Positions 1-7,025 are shown, counted from the stretch's first letter. The stretch is DNA of 11,228 bases from Candidatus Micrarchaeota archaeon (GCA_003660975.1 QMVG01000014.1:1-11228); one strand, 5' to 3'. A program made the numbers and translations. Notes: a model not told the origin generated them from the letters alone.

Positions 1-27
1 GATATAAGAGTAGATTCCCTGTGGGGG

Positions 28-455
28 ATTTCAATCCCTTATTCCTCAGGTCTAAACCTGGAAGAGTATGTAGTTGAAAACAGCCCCTTAGTCATTTCAA
101 TCCCTTATTCCTCAGGTCTAAACCGGAAGTAACCTCCGTTGTCACAGATAAGAAAACATCATTTCAATCCCTTATTCCTCAGGTCTAAACCGTGTGTGCG
201 TGCGTGTACATTTTCGGCGCACATACCATTTCAATCCCTTATTCCTCAGGTCTAAACCTCGATCATAGACTTGTACTGAGCCTTGGCTTGCTCATTTCAA
301 TCCCTTATTCCTCAGGTCTAAACTCGGCCAAAGTCAAGGAGCTGGAAGCAAAAACCTAAATTTCAATCCCTTATTCCTCAGGTCTAAACGCCTTCTCATC
401 TCCTGAGAGCACTCTACATACACCAATTTCAATCCCTTATTCCTCAGGTCTAAAC
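28..455 (-). CRISPR. CRISPR array, leader-proximal end; 7 repeats and 6 full spacers, probably continuing left of the window
   Basis: Identical 30-bp repeat ATTTCAATCCCTTATTCCTCAGGTCTAAAC at 28, 94, 161, 228, 294, 360 and 426, separated by unique 36-37 bp spacers; 1-27 is probably a partial spacer. The minus-strand form GTTTAGACCTGAGGAATAAGGGATTGAAAT ends in ATTGAAAN, typical of Cas6-processed type I-B/III repeats. Confidence 0.98.
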
Positions 456-700
456 CCATTTAAGTATGAGAACCTCTTATTCTTCTTTTCAAAGAGCACT
501 TCGGGACTTTTGATCCCGAATAAAATGTGTTCAGGAGTCCAAGCCTGTGAGATAAAAATTTAGACTTAAACCCGATTGTTGTCAACCCCCCAGGGATTCT
601 GCACTACCAGAGGTAGACACATAAAAATATGATCAGACAAACTTTTGGTAAGTTCTTGTGCTTCAATTCTAATAGACTTTTTTCAGAAAAAGTTTTCCGA
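456..700 (-). promoter_or_regulatory. CRISPR leader with sigma70-like promoter
   Basis: AT-rich and non-coding. Minus-strand TTGACA (585-580)-17 bp-TAAATT (562-557) points at the array. An imperfect dyad TGTCAACC...GGTAGACA (580-619) resembles the GTCGACC..TAGTG..GGTCGAC motif I recall from type I-B leaders. The right boundary is approximate. Confidence 0.75.
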
Positions 701-718
701 ATGCCTTAAGACGGGGAC

Positions 719-747
719 TTGACATTCCAAACTCGACCGCATATATT
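719..747 (+). promoter_or_regulatory. sigma70 promoter of the HTH-rep transcript
   Basis: TTGACA (719-724), 17-bp spacer, TATATT (742-747); GAGG RBS at 771-774 before the ATG at 780. Confidence 0.75.
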
Positions 748-779
748 AATAGCAACCATCTTTGCATTGCGAGGCTATT

Positions 780-1130
780 ATGGGGCTCGTAATCGGGAGA
801 AGCAACGCCATTTTAGGATATATCCTCCAACACGGGGAGACGGGAGTCGAAGCTGGCGAGATTGCGGAGGCTTTAGGGTTGAAGCCGAACTATGTCCGAG
901 CTGTCTTAGTCAGCCTCCGTGACCGGGGCGCTGTGCGCAAGGTGGGGAAGCGCTGGGTGCCTACCGAGGTCGGAATGAGGGAGGTGAAGGGGTTAGGGGA
1001 TATTGAAAGATTTAAGAAGGATAGTTCTAAGCTCTCTTGGGTCTTCTGGTTAGGTGTAGCCGTTTTCGTACTCATGGTGCTTTCCTCAAAGGATAAAGAG
1101 GAGGAAGAAAAGAGGGGGACTCATTCGTGA
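780..1130 (+). CDS. Winged-helix DNA-binding protein with C-terminal transmembrane helix
   Basis: AGEIAEALGLKPNYVRAVLVSLRDRGAVRKVGKRW is wHTH-like; hydrophobic segment LSWVFWLGVAVFVLMVL. Start moved from 762 to ATG 780 because of the RBS and promoter position. Confidence 0.75.
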   Translation: MGLVIGRSNAILGYILQHGETGVEAGEIAEALGLKPNYVRAVLVSLRDRGAVRKVGKRWVPTEVGMREVKGLGDIERFKKDSSKLSWVFWLGVAVFVLMVLSSKDKEEEEKRGTHS

Positions 1131-1181
1131 GCCCCCCGGAAGGAGGCACAAAACTTGTGCCTGCCCCCAGCTACGCACCTG
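1107..1181 (-). ncRNA. Putative antisense (countertranscript) RNA, about 75 nt
   Basis: Minus-strand promoter TTGCGC (1216-1211)-17 bp-TATTTT (1193-1188); internal hairpin AGGCACAA/TTGTGCCT (1144-1162); terminator hairpin 1114-1137 followed on the minus strand by TCTTTTC. Ends are approximate. Confidence 0.55.
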
Positions 1182-1218
1182 TCTCTAAAAATACACAAGA
1201 TTGGGGGCGAGCGCAAGT

Positions 1219-1256
1219 GCCTCCTTCCGGAAATGGTGGAAGGAGGCTTTCTTGTT
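1219..1256 (+). terminator. Conditional terminator/SD-sequestering hairpin (attenuator)
   Basis: Perfect 10-bp stem GCCTCCTTCC (1219-1228)/GGAAGGAGGC (1238-1247) followed by TTTCTTGTT. The 3' arm contains the SD AAGGAGG. It is mutually exclusive with the perfect 14-bp pairing 1136-1149/1217-1230. Confidence 0.7.
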
Positions 1257-2085
1257 GCAGGTCAAGAGCTACGAAAGATTAAATCAAGAGGTCCTCAGAA
1301 GAAGCGAAGCTCGACAGTACCGCCTCTGGTTGTTGCTCCGGGCTCTGGACCTCGAAGGGAGGGGGTGGATTAACTATAAAGAAGCTCAAAAAGCTTTCCT
1401 TGCCCTCGGCCTTTCCCGGCGGTCCTTCAGGGATGTGCTTCGGAAAGGGGAAAGCCTTTGGTGGACCCGGGGGTCGAATAGGATCTTCTATGCTTCCTTA
1501 GGAAAGGTTTGTTCCCGTCTACGGGTATTACCGGGACGACCTATTGTAATACCTCTCGATTCCCTTAGGAAGCTTTCGACCTTTAAGGGGGTTCTGTACG
1601 CCTCCTTTTTCACAAGGGAAAGGACCATCAGTCGGGCCCGGTTGATGGAGTTATGGGGAGTTTCCAGGACAACCCTTCGGCGTTGGGAGAGGGCTACTGG
1701 CATTAGAATTCAGCAGAATTATGCTCGTTCGTCCAAGCCGTTCTCGGCGGGAAGGTCTTCTGGTAGACGGCTTATTGTAGGTTCCGAGGAGGAAAACGGG
1801 GGGCCTTACTGGGAGGTTGTTCTGGATAGGAAGCGGTATTTAGCGTGGCAGATTCCGAATTCTTACATCTATTTAGGGACGGAGTTCGCCTACGCACCCT
1901 ATGGCCTTGCTCGAAAGGTGAGGAAGAGGCTCACACCTCCTGAAGGTGGCGGGGGGTACCTGAGGCTCTACTTCCGGAGGCCGAGGGATGCGTACAGGTA
2001 TCTTAGGAGGCAAGGAGAGGGTGTATACCTCTTCGATAGAAAGGCCCCGTGGGGGCGTCTGTGGGTACATCTGTCTTTAGCATAG
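1255..2085 (+). CDS. Putative HTH-containing replication initiator (Rep-like), very basic
   Basis: HTH-like ISRARLMELWGVSRTTLRRWE followed by QQNY and WQIPNSY; Arg-rich. Start moved from 1201 to the in-frame TTG at 1255 (or 1252) after SD AAGGAGG 1240-1246. Rep function is inferred from the leader architecture. Confidence 0.5.
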   Translation: MQVKSYERLNQEVLRRSEARQYRLWLLLRALDLEGRGWINYKEAQKAFLALGLSRRSFRDVLRKGESLWWTRGSNRIFYASLGKVCSRLRVLPGRPIVIPLDSLRKLSTFKGVLYASFFTRERTISRARLMELWGVSRTTLRRWERATGIRIQQNYARSSKPFSAGRSSGRRLIVGSEEENGGPYWEVVLDRKRYLAWQIPNSYIYLGTEFAYAPYGLARKVRKRLTPPEGGGGYLRLYFRRPRDAYRYLRRQGEGVYLFDRKAPWGRLWVHLSLA

Positions 2086-2210
2086 GTGGCAGATTTTGTG
2101 CCCCCTAGAGGGTGGTGGTGCAAAGAGGGAACAGAATACAGAAATGAGAAATTCTCTAACTACCTTGGTATAGAATCGGGATCGTATTCAGAAAACCTCT
2201 AGGTATTGAG

Positions 2211-2354
2211 TTGCAGCTCTACTTTAGTGGTTTATGCACGTCCGGGTTCAGAAGCAAGGGTTCTGGGTGCAAGCTCTATCTTGCCGAAAGTTACCGAACG
2301 GATGGCAGGGTTAAGCAGAGGAAGATTTACCTGGGAACTCTTCCAGGGAATTGA
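2211..2354 (+). pseudogene. Micro-ORF or frameshifted remnant with an IS1634-N-terminus-like beta-strand DNA-binding motif
   Basis: Frame 2211-2354 encodes ...KLYLAESYRTDGRVKQRKIYLG...; ATG 2234 (MHVRVQKQG) joins this frame if one base is removed. It is below the ORF-track cutoff. Confidence 0.45.
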
Positions 2355-2380
2355 CGTAGGGCTTCGATCGCTCCAGCGTC

Positions 2381-2713
2381 TCAGACATATTCACTCCTTT
2401 CTTCTTTTTCTATCCTCTCTACCGAGCATCCGTCCTCAAGGCACCTCTCGCAGACCCTAAGCGCAACGTCCCTGGACGAAGCTTTAACCTCCACAGGAAA
2501 GCGCACATCCCCTATCCTAACCCACACGATGAACTCCCCGTCGTCCCACGAAAGGCCATTTTCTTCCTTCACCCTTTCCTTGATCCTCTTTATCCTGTAC
2601 AAAGCATCCTGAACCTCGAAAAAAATCTGGGTAAGGGGCTTCCTCTTCTTTCCTACATACCTTCCGTTTACCTCCGAAAGAAGGTGGTTTGCTAGGATTT
2701 CCGTTGTGGTCAC
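2381..2713 (-). CDS. Hypothetical protein (110 aa)
   Basis: The GTG start overlaps the upstream stop (GTGA); last gene of the ATPase operon. Confidence 0.7.
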   Translation of the reverse strand: MTTTEILANHLLSEVNGRYVGKKRKPLTQIFFEVQDALYRIKRIKERVKEENGLSWDDGEFIVWVRIGDVRFPVEVKASSRDVALRVCERCLEDGCSVERIEKEERSEYV

Positions 2714-2943
2714 GACTTCCTCCTTAAAATCTCCCTTAGGTACCTTTCTGTATTAGGTCTTATGGCCTCCACGGCCTTCAGGACCCTTTCCCTATCCCCG
2801 GGAAGGAAATCCTTGGAAGACGCCCACCTGTCGAAGGCCGTCTTCATATCTCCCCCGAACCTTCCCCAATAGGAAAGGAAGCTTTCGGCCTGGTGCAGGA
2901 CGTCTTCAAAACGGCTTGATTTAGCCTGCTTTTCAACCCCCAT
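2710..2943 (-). CDS. Hypothetical protein (77 aa)
   Basis: Overlaps the ATPase end by 11 nt and the next gene by 4 nt, consistent with a translationally coupled operon. Confidence 0.7.
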   Translation of the reverse strand: MGVEKQAKSSRFEDVLHQAESFLSYWGRFGGDMKTAFDRWASSKDFLPGDRERVLKAVEAIRPNTERYLREILRRKS

Positions 2944-4033
2944 GTTTGAGCCAGTTGATTACGGTAGCCTTGCTCACTCCCAGCCTTTTCGCAATCTTCC
3001 CATAAGAAAGTCCCGCATCTCTCCAGGCCTTCGCCTGCCTCTTCTTTTCCTCCTTCGAAGCGGAAGGAGGTCTTTGAGCAGGGGACGATATCCCTTGGGA
3101 GTAAGCTCGGCTAAGCTCCTCACTCCAATACGAAGGAAGAGGAGTCTCCAGAGGACCTTCAAAATGAACCTCTGGAGACCAGACATAACACCATCCCCTC
3201 TTATCTCCTGTCCTCTCCTGGAAGAAATCCCTGGCCCTCTTTAAAACTTCTTTGAGCTCCGGTCTCTCAAACTTGACCTCCATAGCCCCCGGCTCTTTGA
3301 ACAAAAACAGGTTGGCATACCCCACAATATTCTTGTCCAGGTGCCTTGCCTCGTGAGCCACGAACAGTATGGAGTACCCTCTTTGCCGGGCAAGACCCAA
3401 AGCCCTGGACATCTCCTGAATGCTCTCATCAAAGCTGCTCTTCCTTGCGTGATAGAGCAGATAGGCCTCGTCCACCAAGACGATGGAGTCCGGGGGTACC
3501 TCATCAAAGTGCCTGGCGAGACCGATCCACTCTGGCAAGAGAGCCTTCTTCTCCTCTGGGAATCCCAGGACATAAGGGGTCATCTTCCACCTATAAAGCT
3601 CTAAAAGCATGTGCCCCGTGGCGGACTTACCCGACCCGGGTGCTCCCAAAATCAAACCCCTTGCGAACTCTGGCATGATCTTAAACCACTGGGAAGCCGA
3701 TAGCTCTGAGGGAGCCCCTTTTCTAGGTTCAGGTAAGGGCTGTGACTGAGCGGCCACTTGCGCTTCCAGCTCCTCTATTTGACTTCGGAGCCAGTCGTTC
3801 TCCTGTTGGAGCCGGGAGACCTCCTGCTGGAGCTCCTGCTTCTCAGACCATATTTTCAGGTAAGATAACGCAAGCTGGACTAGCTTCTGCCGAAGATACT
3901 GGATCTCCCGCTGGGCTTGCTGGAGGGCTTGGGTAAAGCTCACCGCCGTCTCAGCCATAGGAACGCCTAACTTCTCCCCCAACAAACCCCAGCCGAAAAT
4001 CTTGGCCACCTTTACCAGGGGATGATCTGGCAT
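2933..4033 (-). CDS. Coiled-coil + P-loop ATPase (Zot/FtsK-HerA-like) + C-terminal HTH
   Basis: Gln/Glu-rich heptad region, Walker A GAPGSGKS, Walker B VLVDEA, ARQRG motif, and C-terminal HTH GLSYGKIAKRLGVSKATVINWL. Start moved to ATG 4033 behind SD AGGAGGTGA. Confidence 0.8.
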   Translation of the reverse strand: MPDHPLVKVAKIFGWGLLGEKLGVPMAETAVSFTQALQQAQREIQYLRQKLVQLALSYLKIWSEKQELQQEVSRLQQENDWLRSQIEELEAQVAAQSQPLPEPRKGAPSELSASQWFKIMPEFARGLILGAPGSGKSATGHMLLELYRWKMTPYVLGFPEEKKALLPEWIGLARHFDEVPPDSIVLVDEAYLLYHARKSSFDESIQEMSRALGLARQRGYSILFVAHEARHLDKNIVGYANLFLFKEPGAMEVKFERPELKEVLKRARDFFQERTGDKRGWCYVWSPEVHFEGPLETPLPSYWSEELSRAYSQGISSPAQRPPSASKEEKKRQAKAWRDAGLSYGKIAKRLGVSKATVINWLKHGG

Positions 4034-4047
4034 AGTCACCTCCTCTC

Positions 4048-4118
4048 GGTCAAAGAGCTGACCGGCCCCGGTCAAAAATCCGAAAGTTGACCCTTTTTGA
4101 CCGATTTGACCCGGTCAA
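4048..4118. repeat. Cluster of seven TGACC/GGTCA motifs (putative protein-binding array)
   Basis: GGTCAA at 4048, 4070 and 4113; CTGACC at 4058; TTGACC at 4087, 4097 and 4106, in direct and inverted orientation just upstream of the ATPase RBS. Confidence 0.7.
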
Positions 4119-4164
4119 GGACACATATCTATTGAGATTTGCGTTAAACATGACTCGGGATTTC

Positions 4165-4242
4165 GGGTATCGGTTGGTGGGTATGCGAAGTTGCCGAAGG
4201 CAATTTGGGTGAGCGAAGCGAACCGCATACTTGCTTTTATAC
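4165..4242 (-). other. attC-like site C (degenerate, terminal)
   Basis: Minus strand GTATAAA-AGCAA-GTATGCG...CTCACCCAAATTGCCTTCGGCAACTT-CGCATAC-CCACCAACC-GATACCC. R'' has AAC>AAA and R' reads GAT at the GTT position. Confidence 0.7.
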
Positions 4243-4261
4243 GCCTGTGCCGTGCCAGCTT

Positions 4262-5890
4262 TTATTCTTTCCATCTCCTTTTTATCTCAATACCTGGTAG
4301 GTATTTCAATAAAATCACATTCAAGTTGTTTCCTGAATATTCCCATACGTATCTGTAATCACCCTCAACTTTTGTTAGCTTCTCCTTGTTTCTTGAATCC
4401 CATGCTATGATTAGAGATGTTTGTTCTGGAACATGGTCATGATCCGAGTAATTTTCTAAAATGTATTCAACTTCTACAGCTTGGAATAACTTTTTCTCTG
4501 AATGCTCTTTTTCCTGATATTCCGCAATGATATCTATTCCCTTCTGAGCGGTGTGTTCTAAAGTTTTGAAATAATAGAAAGGCAAAGCATTTAAGGTCTC
4601 CAATTTCCAAAGCAATGCTCTGACATCCTGCTCATTTTCAGGTTCTTTATGTAATAATTCTTCTTTGTAAAAGACCCAACGATCCTTCCTCATTAATTCA
4701 TCCTTTCTTTGGTTAAGTGTCTCTGCTAAATCCTTTTTCTTTAAATCTCGGCGATACTTAACCCATTCTTTGTAGTCTTTGGTTTCCATTACTTTTCTAA
4801 AAGCTTCCCGGAGAGCAGCGGTGAATAGCGGTTCTTTTACACCATCAGAAACTCTGCTTCTTGCGATATCTGTCTCAACATCATCGCATTCTACAACGAA
4901 CCTGCAGAACTTGTAATATAAGTCAAATCCTTGGGGTTTATATCGGTTAAAATCTAAGTTAAAGTATGGTATTCCTTTCCATGCGTAAGTCAAGCCAACA
5001 CCCTTGCTCTCTAAAATACCATAATCACTCATCCCGAATTCACTCGTCTTTAATGCATATCCTCCCTTTAAAATCACTGTAACCTTATTCCCTTTTTTGT
5101 CTTCTTTAGTTATTTCTATAGGAGGTTCTATAACTCCTATTTTTTGACCTTCTACATGATCCCCTTCCTTTCGTATCCAAGGAAATCCAATTTTTAACTC
5201 CTCTCCATCTGGGATAGCAGGTGTTTTTATTATGATCTTAGGGAAGCCCTCGCGTAGTCTTTCTGGTCGGGTGTATCCTATTAGAGTTCTGAAGTAGAGA
5301 TACTTCTTTAGTTTCTCTGCATCTTCATATTCTGGGTATTTAATTCCACCGTCATACCCACAAACTCTAATAATAGTTCCGTGAGGGAAATCTAATGCTT
5401 CAGGTGGTAACTTATAAATAAGAGGTTTAGGCATTTCAGGTTTCTCTTTTTTAAGGAGTTTACCTATTGGATCGTGAACTTCCACTTTATGGCATTCTCC
5501 TTCATATGTTTTTGTTTCGATTTCAAGCTTTTTACATAAATACATGAGTTTTGAACCAAGACCTTTGAACCCAAACTCATCTGCTTGAATTCCAGCAACC
5601 CCACTGTATGCTAAATTTAGAAACCTATCTAAGCGTCCTTGTTTTTCTGGCTCCTTTTTACCTGTATAATTCATTCCTATGCCATCATCTTCAAAAATAA
5701 ATGACCAACCATATGTTCCATCATAGAAAATGGTTATTTCAAAACAGGTTGCTTTTACTTCTTTAGCACACGAGTTAGATAAGGCTTCTCTTATTATATC
5801 CAGTGGGTTAGCCCTATTTTGAACAACTTGCTTTATTATGGCTATTCCAATTGATATTTCATGCTCCTTAGGCTCATACACCTCGTTCAT
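4262..5890 (-). CDS. GHKL (HSP90/MutL/MORC-like) ATPase with C-terminal putative PD-(D/E)xK-like nuclease domain; cassette 3
   Basis: Bergerat motifs IIREALSNS, EDDGIGM, GFKGLGSK and HGT; C-terminal EPENEQDV..GIDII..VEVEY..DHDH..IIAWD; SD AAGGAGG. Confidence 0.8.
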   Translation of the reverse strand: MNEVYEPKEHEISIGIAIIKQVVQNRANPLDIIREALSNSCAKEVKATCFEITIFYDGTYGWSFIFEDDGIGMNYTGKKEPEKQGRLDRFLNLAYSGVAGIQADEFGFKGLGSKLMYLCKKLEIETKTYEGECHKVEVHDPIGKLLKKEKPEMPKPLIYKLPPEALDFPHGTIIRVCGYDGGIKYPEYEDAEKLKKYLYFRTLIGYTRPERLREGFPKIIIKTPAIPDGEELKIGFPWIRKEGDHVEGQKIGVIEPPIEITKEDKKGNKVTVILKGGYALKTSEFGMSDYGILESKGVGLTYAWKGIPYFNLDFNRYKPQGFDLYYKFCRFVVECDDVETDIARSRVSDGVKEPLFTAALREAFRKVMETKDYKEWVKYRRDLKKKDLAETLNQRKDELMRKDRWVFYKEELLHKEPENEQDVRALLWKLETLNALPFYYFKTLEHTAQKGIDIIAEYQEKEHSEKKLFQAVEVEYILENYSDHDHVPEQTSLIIAWDSRNKEKLTKVEGDYRYVWEYSGNNLNVILLKYLPGIEIKRRWKE

Positions 5891-5919
5891 ATTTCATCCT
5901 CCTTGTAGCACGGCATGGC

Positions 5920-6001
5920 GTATAACGTTCCGAGTGTATCTGAAGTCATACGAAGCAGGGTTTGGGCGGAGCGAAGCGTAGCCGTATATCCGCTGTTATA
6001 C
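5920..6001 (-). other. attC-like site B
   Basis: Minus strand R'' GTATAAC (6001-5995) ... R' GTTATAC (5926-5920); shares the GCTTCGCTC..CCCAAA..ACTTC core with sites A and C. Confidence 0.85.
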
Positions 6002-6025
6002 GCCGTGCCGTAATCCTTGGTTCAT

Positions 6026-6904
6026 TTATTCCTCCGATAACTTTGAAATTCTATCAAATTCCTCCCGTAACTTTTTATATACTTCATCTAATTCCTCTGC
6101 TTTACCAGCTAAATTTTTAAAGTGGGTTTTGTAAAATACTCGCCATACTTCATCAACTTCTCTGAACCGTTGTGAGAGCCTCAAGATGTCATTTTTTACT
6201 TTTTCCGCCTTTTCTGAAAGTTTCTTTGCATGAACTCCAGCTTTTATGAGTTCGACTTTGTGCGATAGGGTTAGTGGCGATACTACTTGGACTCCATTTT
6301 TTGTATATTCGCGAAGCAATCCAAAATATTCATTTATTAGGAACCAATAAACACCCTCTGACGGAATGAAGGCAAAGGCAAAATCTGCAGAGCCTTTTTC
6401 AGGACAGACATAATCGCTAGCTATTTTATCCAAATGACCTTTTACATCTCTGAGAAATTGCCTTTTGAACTTCTCTTTTTCCTGGGGGTCATCACTTTCC
6501 ATAATCTTCCTGTAATTCTCTAATGGAAATTTGGAGTCTATACAAATAATGCCAACCGTTGATTTAATATAAGCATCTGGGGTTTTACCCTCAAGAACCT
6601 TTTCTCTAATCCCAAACATATCTGGAGGGAGTTGATCAGAAAGGATAGTTTCGAGAGCTATCTCACCGAATGCTCCCCTTTCAGCAGGCACTCTAAGCAT
6701 TTGCTCAATAGATTTATGTGTTTCTTTTATTTCTTTAGCATGGGTAGCCAATTCCCCTACTTTATCACTTAATCCAGATTCTTTCCATACCCTAAGTATG
6801 GCAGTTTCTATATCTTGCGGTTTAACTTTTACCTTTCTGAGTGAAAGGATGATTAATATGCCTAAGAGTACTATGATTGCTCCAAGTAAAATTTCTATTA
6901 TCAT
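6026..6904 (-). CDS. rmuC: RmuC-family protein (N-terminal TM anchor, PD-(D/E)xK domain); cassette 2
   Basis: RGAFGEIALETIL, PDAYI, IDSKFPL, FIPSEG and VSPLTL are RmuC hallmark motifs; hydrophobic N-terminus; SD AGGAGG. Confidence 0.88.
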   Translation of the reverse strand: MIIEILLGAIIVLLGILIILSLRKVKVKPQDIETAILRVWKESGLSDKVGELATHAKEIKETHKSIEQMLRVPAERGAFGEIALETILSDQLPPDMFGIREKVLEGKTPDAYIKSTVGIICIDSKFPLENYRKIMESDDPQEKEKFKRQFLRDVKGHLDKIASDYVCPEKGSADFAFAFIPSEGVYWFLINEYFGLLREYTKNGVQVVSPLTLSHKVELIKAGVHAKKLSEKAEKVKNDILRLSQRFREVDEVWRVFYKTHFKNLAGKAEELDEVYKKLREEFDRISKLSEE

Positions 6905-6939
6905 ATTCCCTCCTGTTTCATGATTCTTTTAGGCATGGC

Positions 6940-7025
6940 GGATAACGTCCCGGCGGGTATCTGAAGTCGCCGAAGGCGATTTGGGTGAGGGCTGAAAGCC
7001 TGAACCAGATACCCGCCTGTTAGGC
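6940..7025 (-). other. attC-like site A
   Basis: Minus strand GCCTAAC-A-GGCGGGTATCTG...CAGATACCCGCC-GGGAC-GTTATCC: a perfect 12-bp inner stem between RYYYAAC and GTT cores. Confidence 0.88.

Noticed and set aside
324-359. Spacer shares AGGAGCTGGAAGC with the minus strand near 3762-3774 (possible self-targeting)
   Set aside because: Only 13 contiguous nt; extending it needs a 5-nt gap. It is explained by common codons for E-L-E-A. I saw no full spacer match in the window.
1155-1373. 72-aa ORF behind AGGAGG at 1141
   Set aside because: It overlaps the Rep-like gene out of frame, and the AGGAGG is explained as the anti-terminator arm. A leader-peptide role cannot be fully excluded.
1141-2106. 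Insertion sequence defined by the 13-bp inverted repeats
   Set aside because: No DDE/HUH transposase motif in the enclosed ORF and no target-site duplication.
719-2460. ORFs 719-922, 890-1075, 1488-1703, 1873-2070 and 2206-2460
   Set aside because: They overlap better-supported genes or promoters; the 719 start is the -35 box, and the motif near 2270-2340 is in a different frame from 2206-2460.
2942-3936. Several overlapping ORFs (2942-3244, 2974-3186, 3241-3573, 3341-3604, 3346-3678, 3742-3936)
   Set aside because: Shadow frames of the motif-bearing ATPase gene.
4050-4274. 74-aa ORF
   Set aside because: It runs through attC site C and the TGACC array; a spurious reading of structured non-coding DNA.
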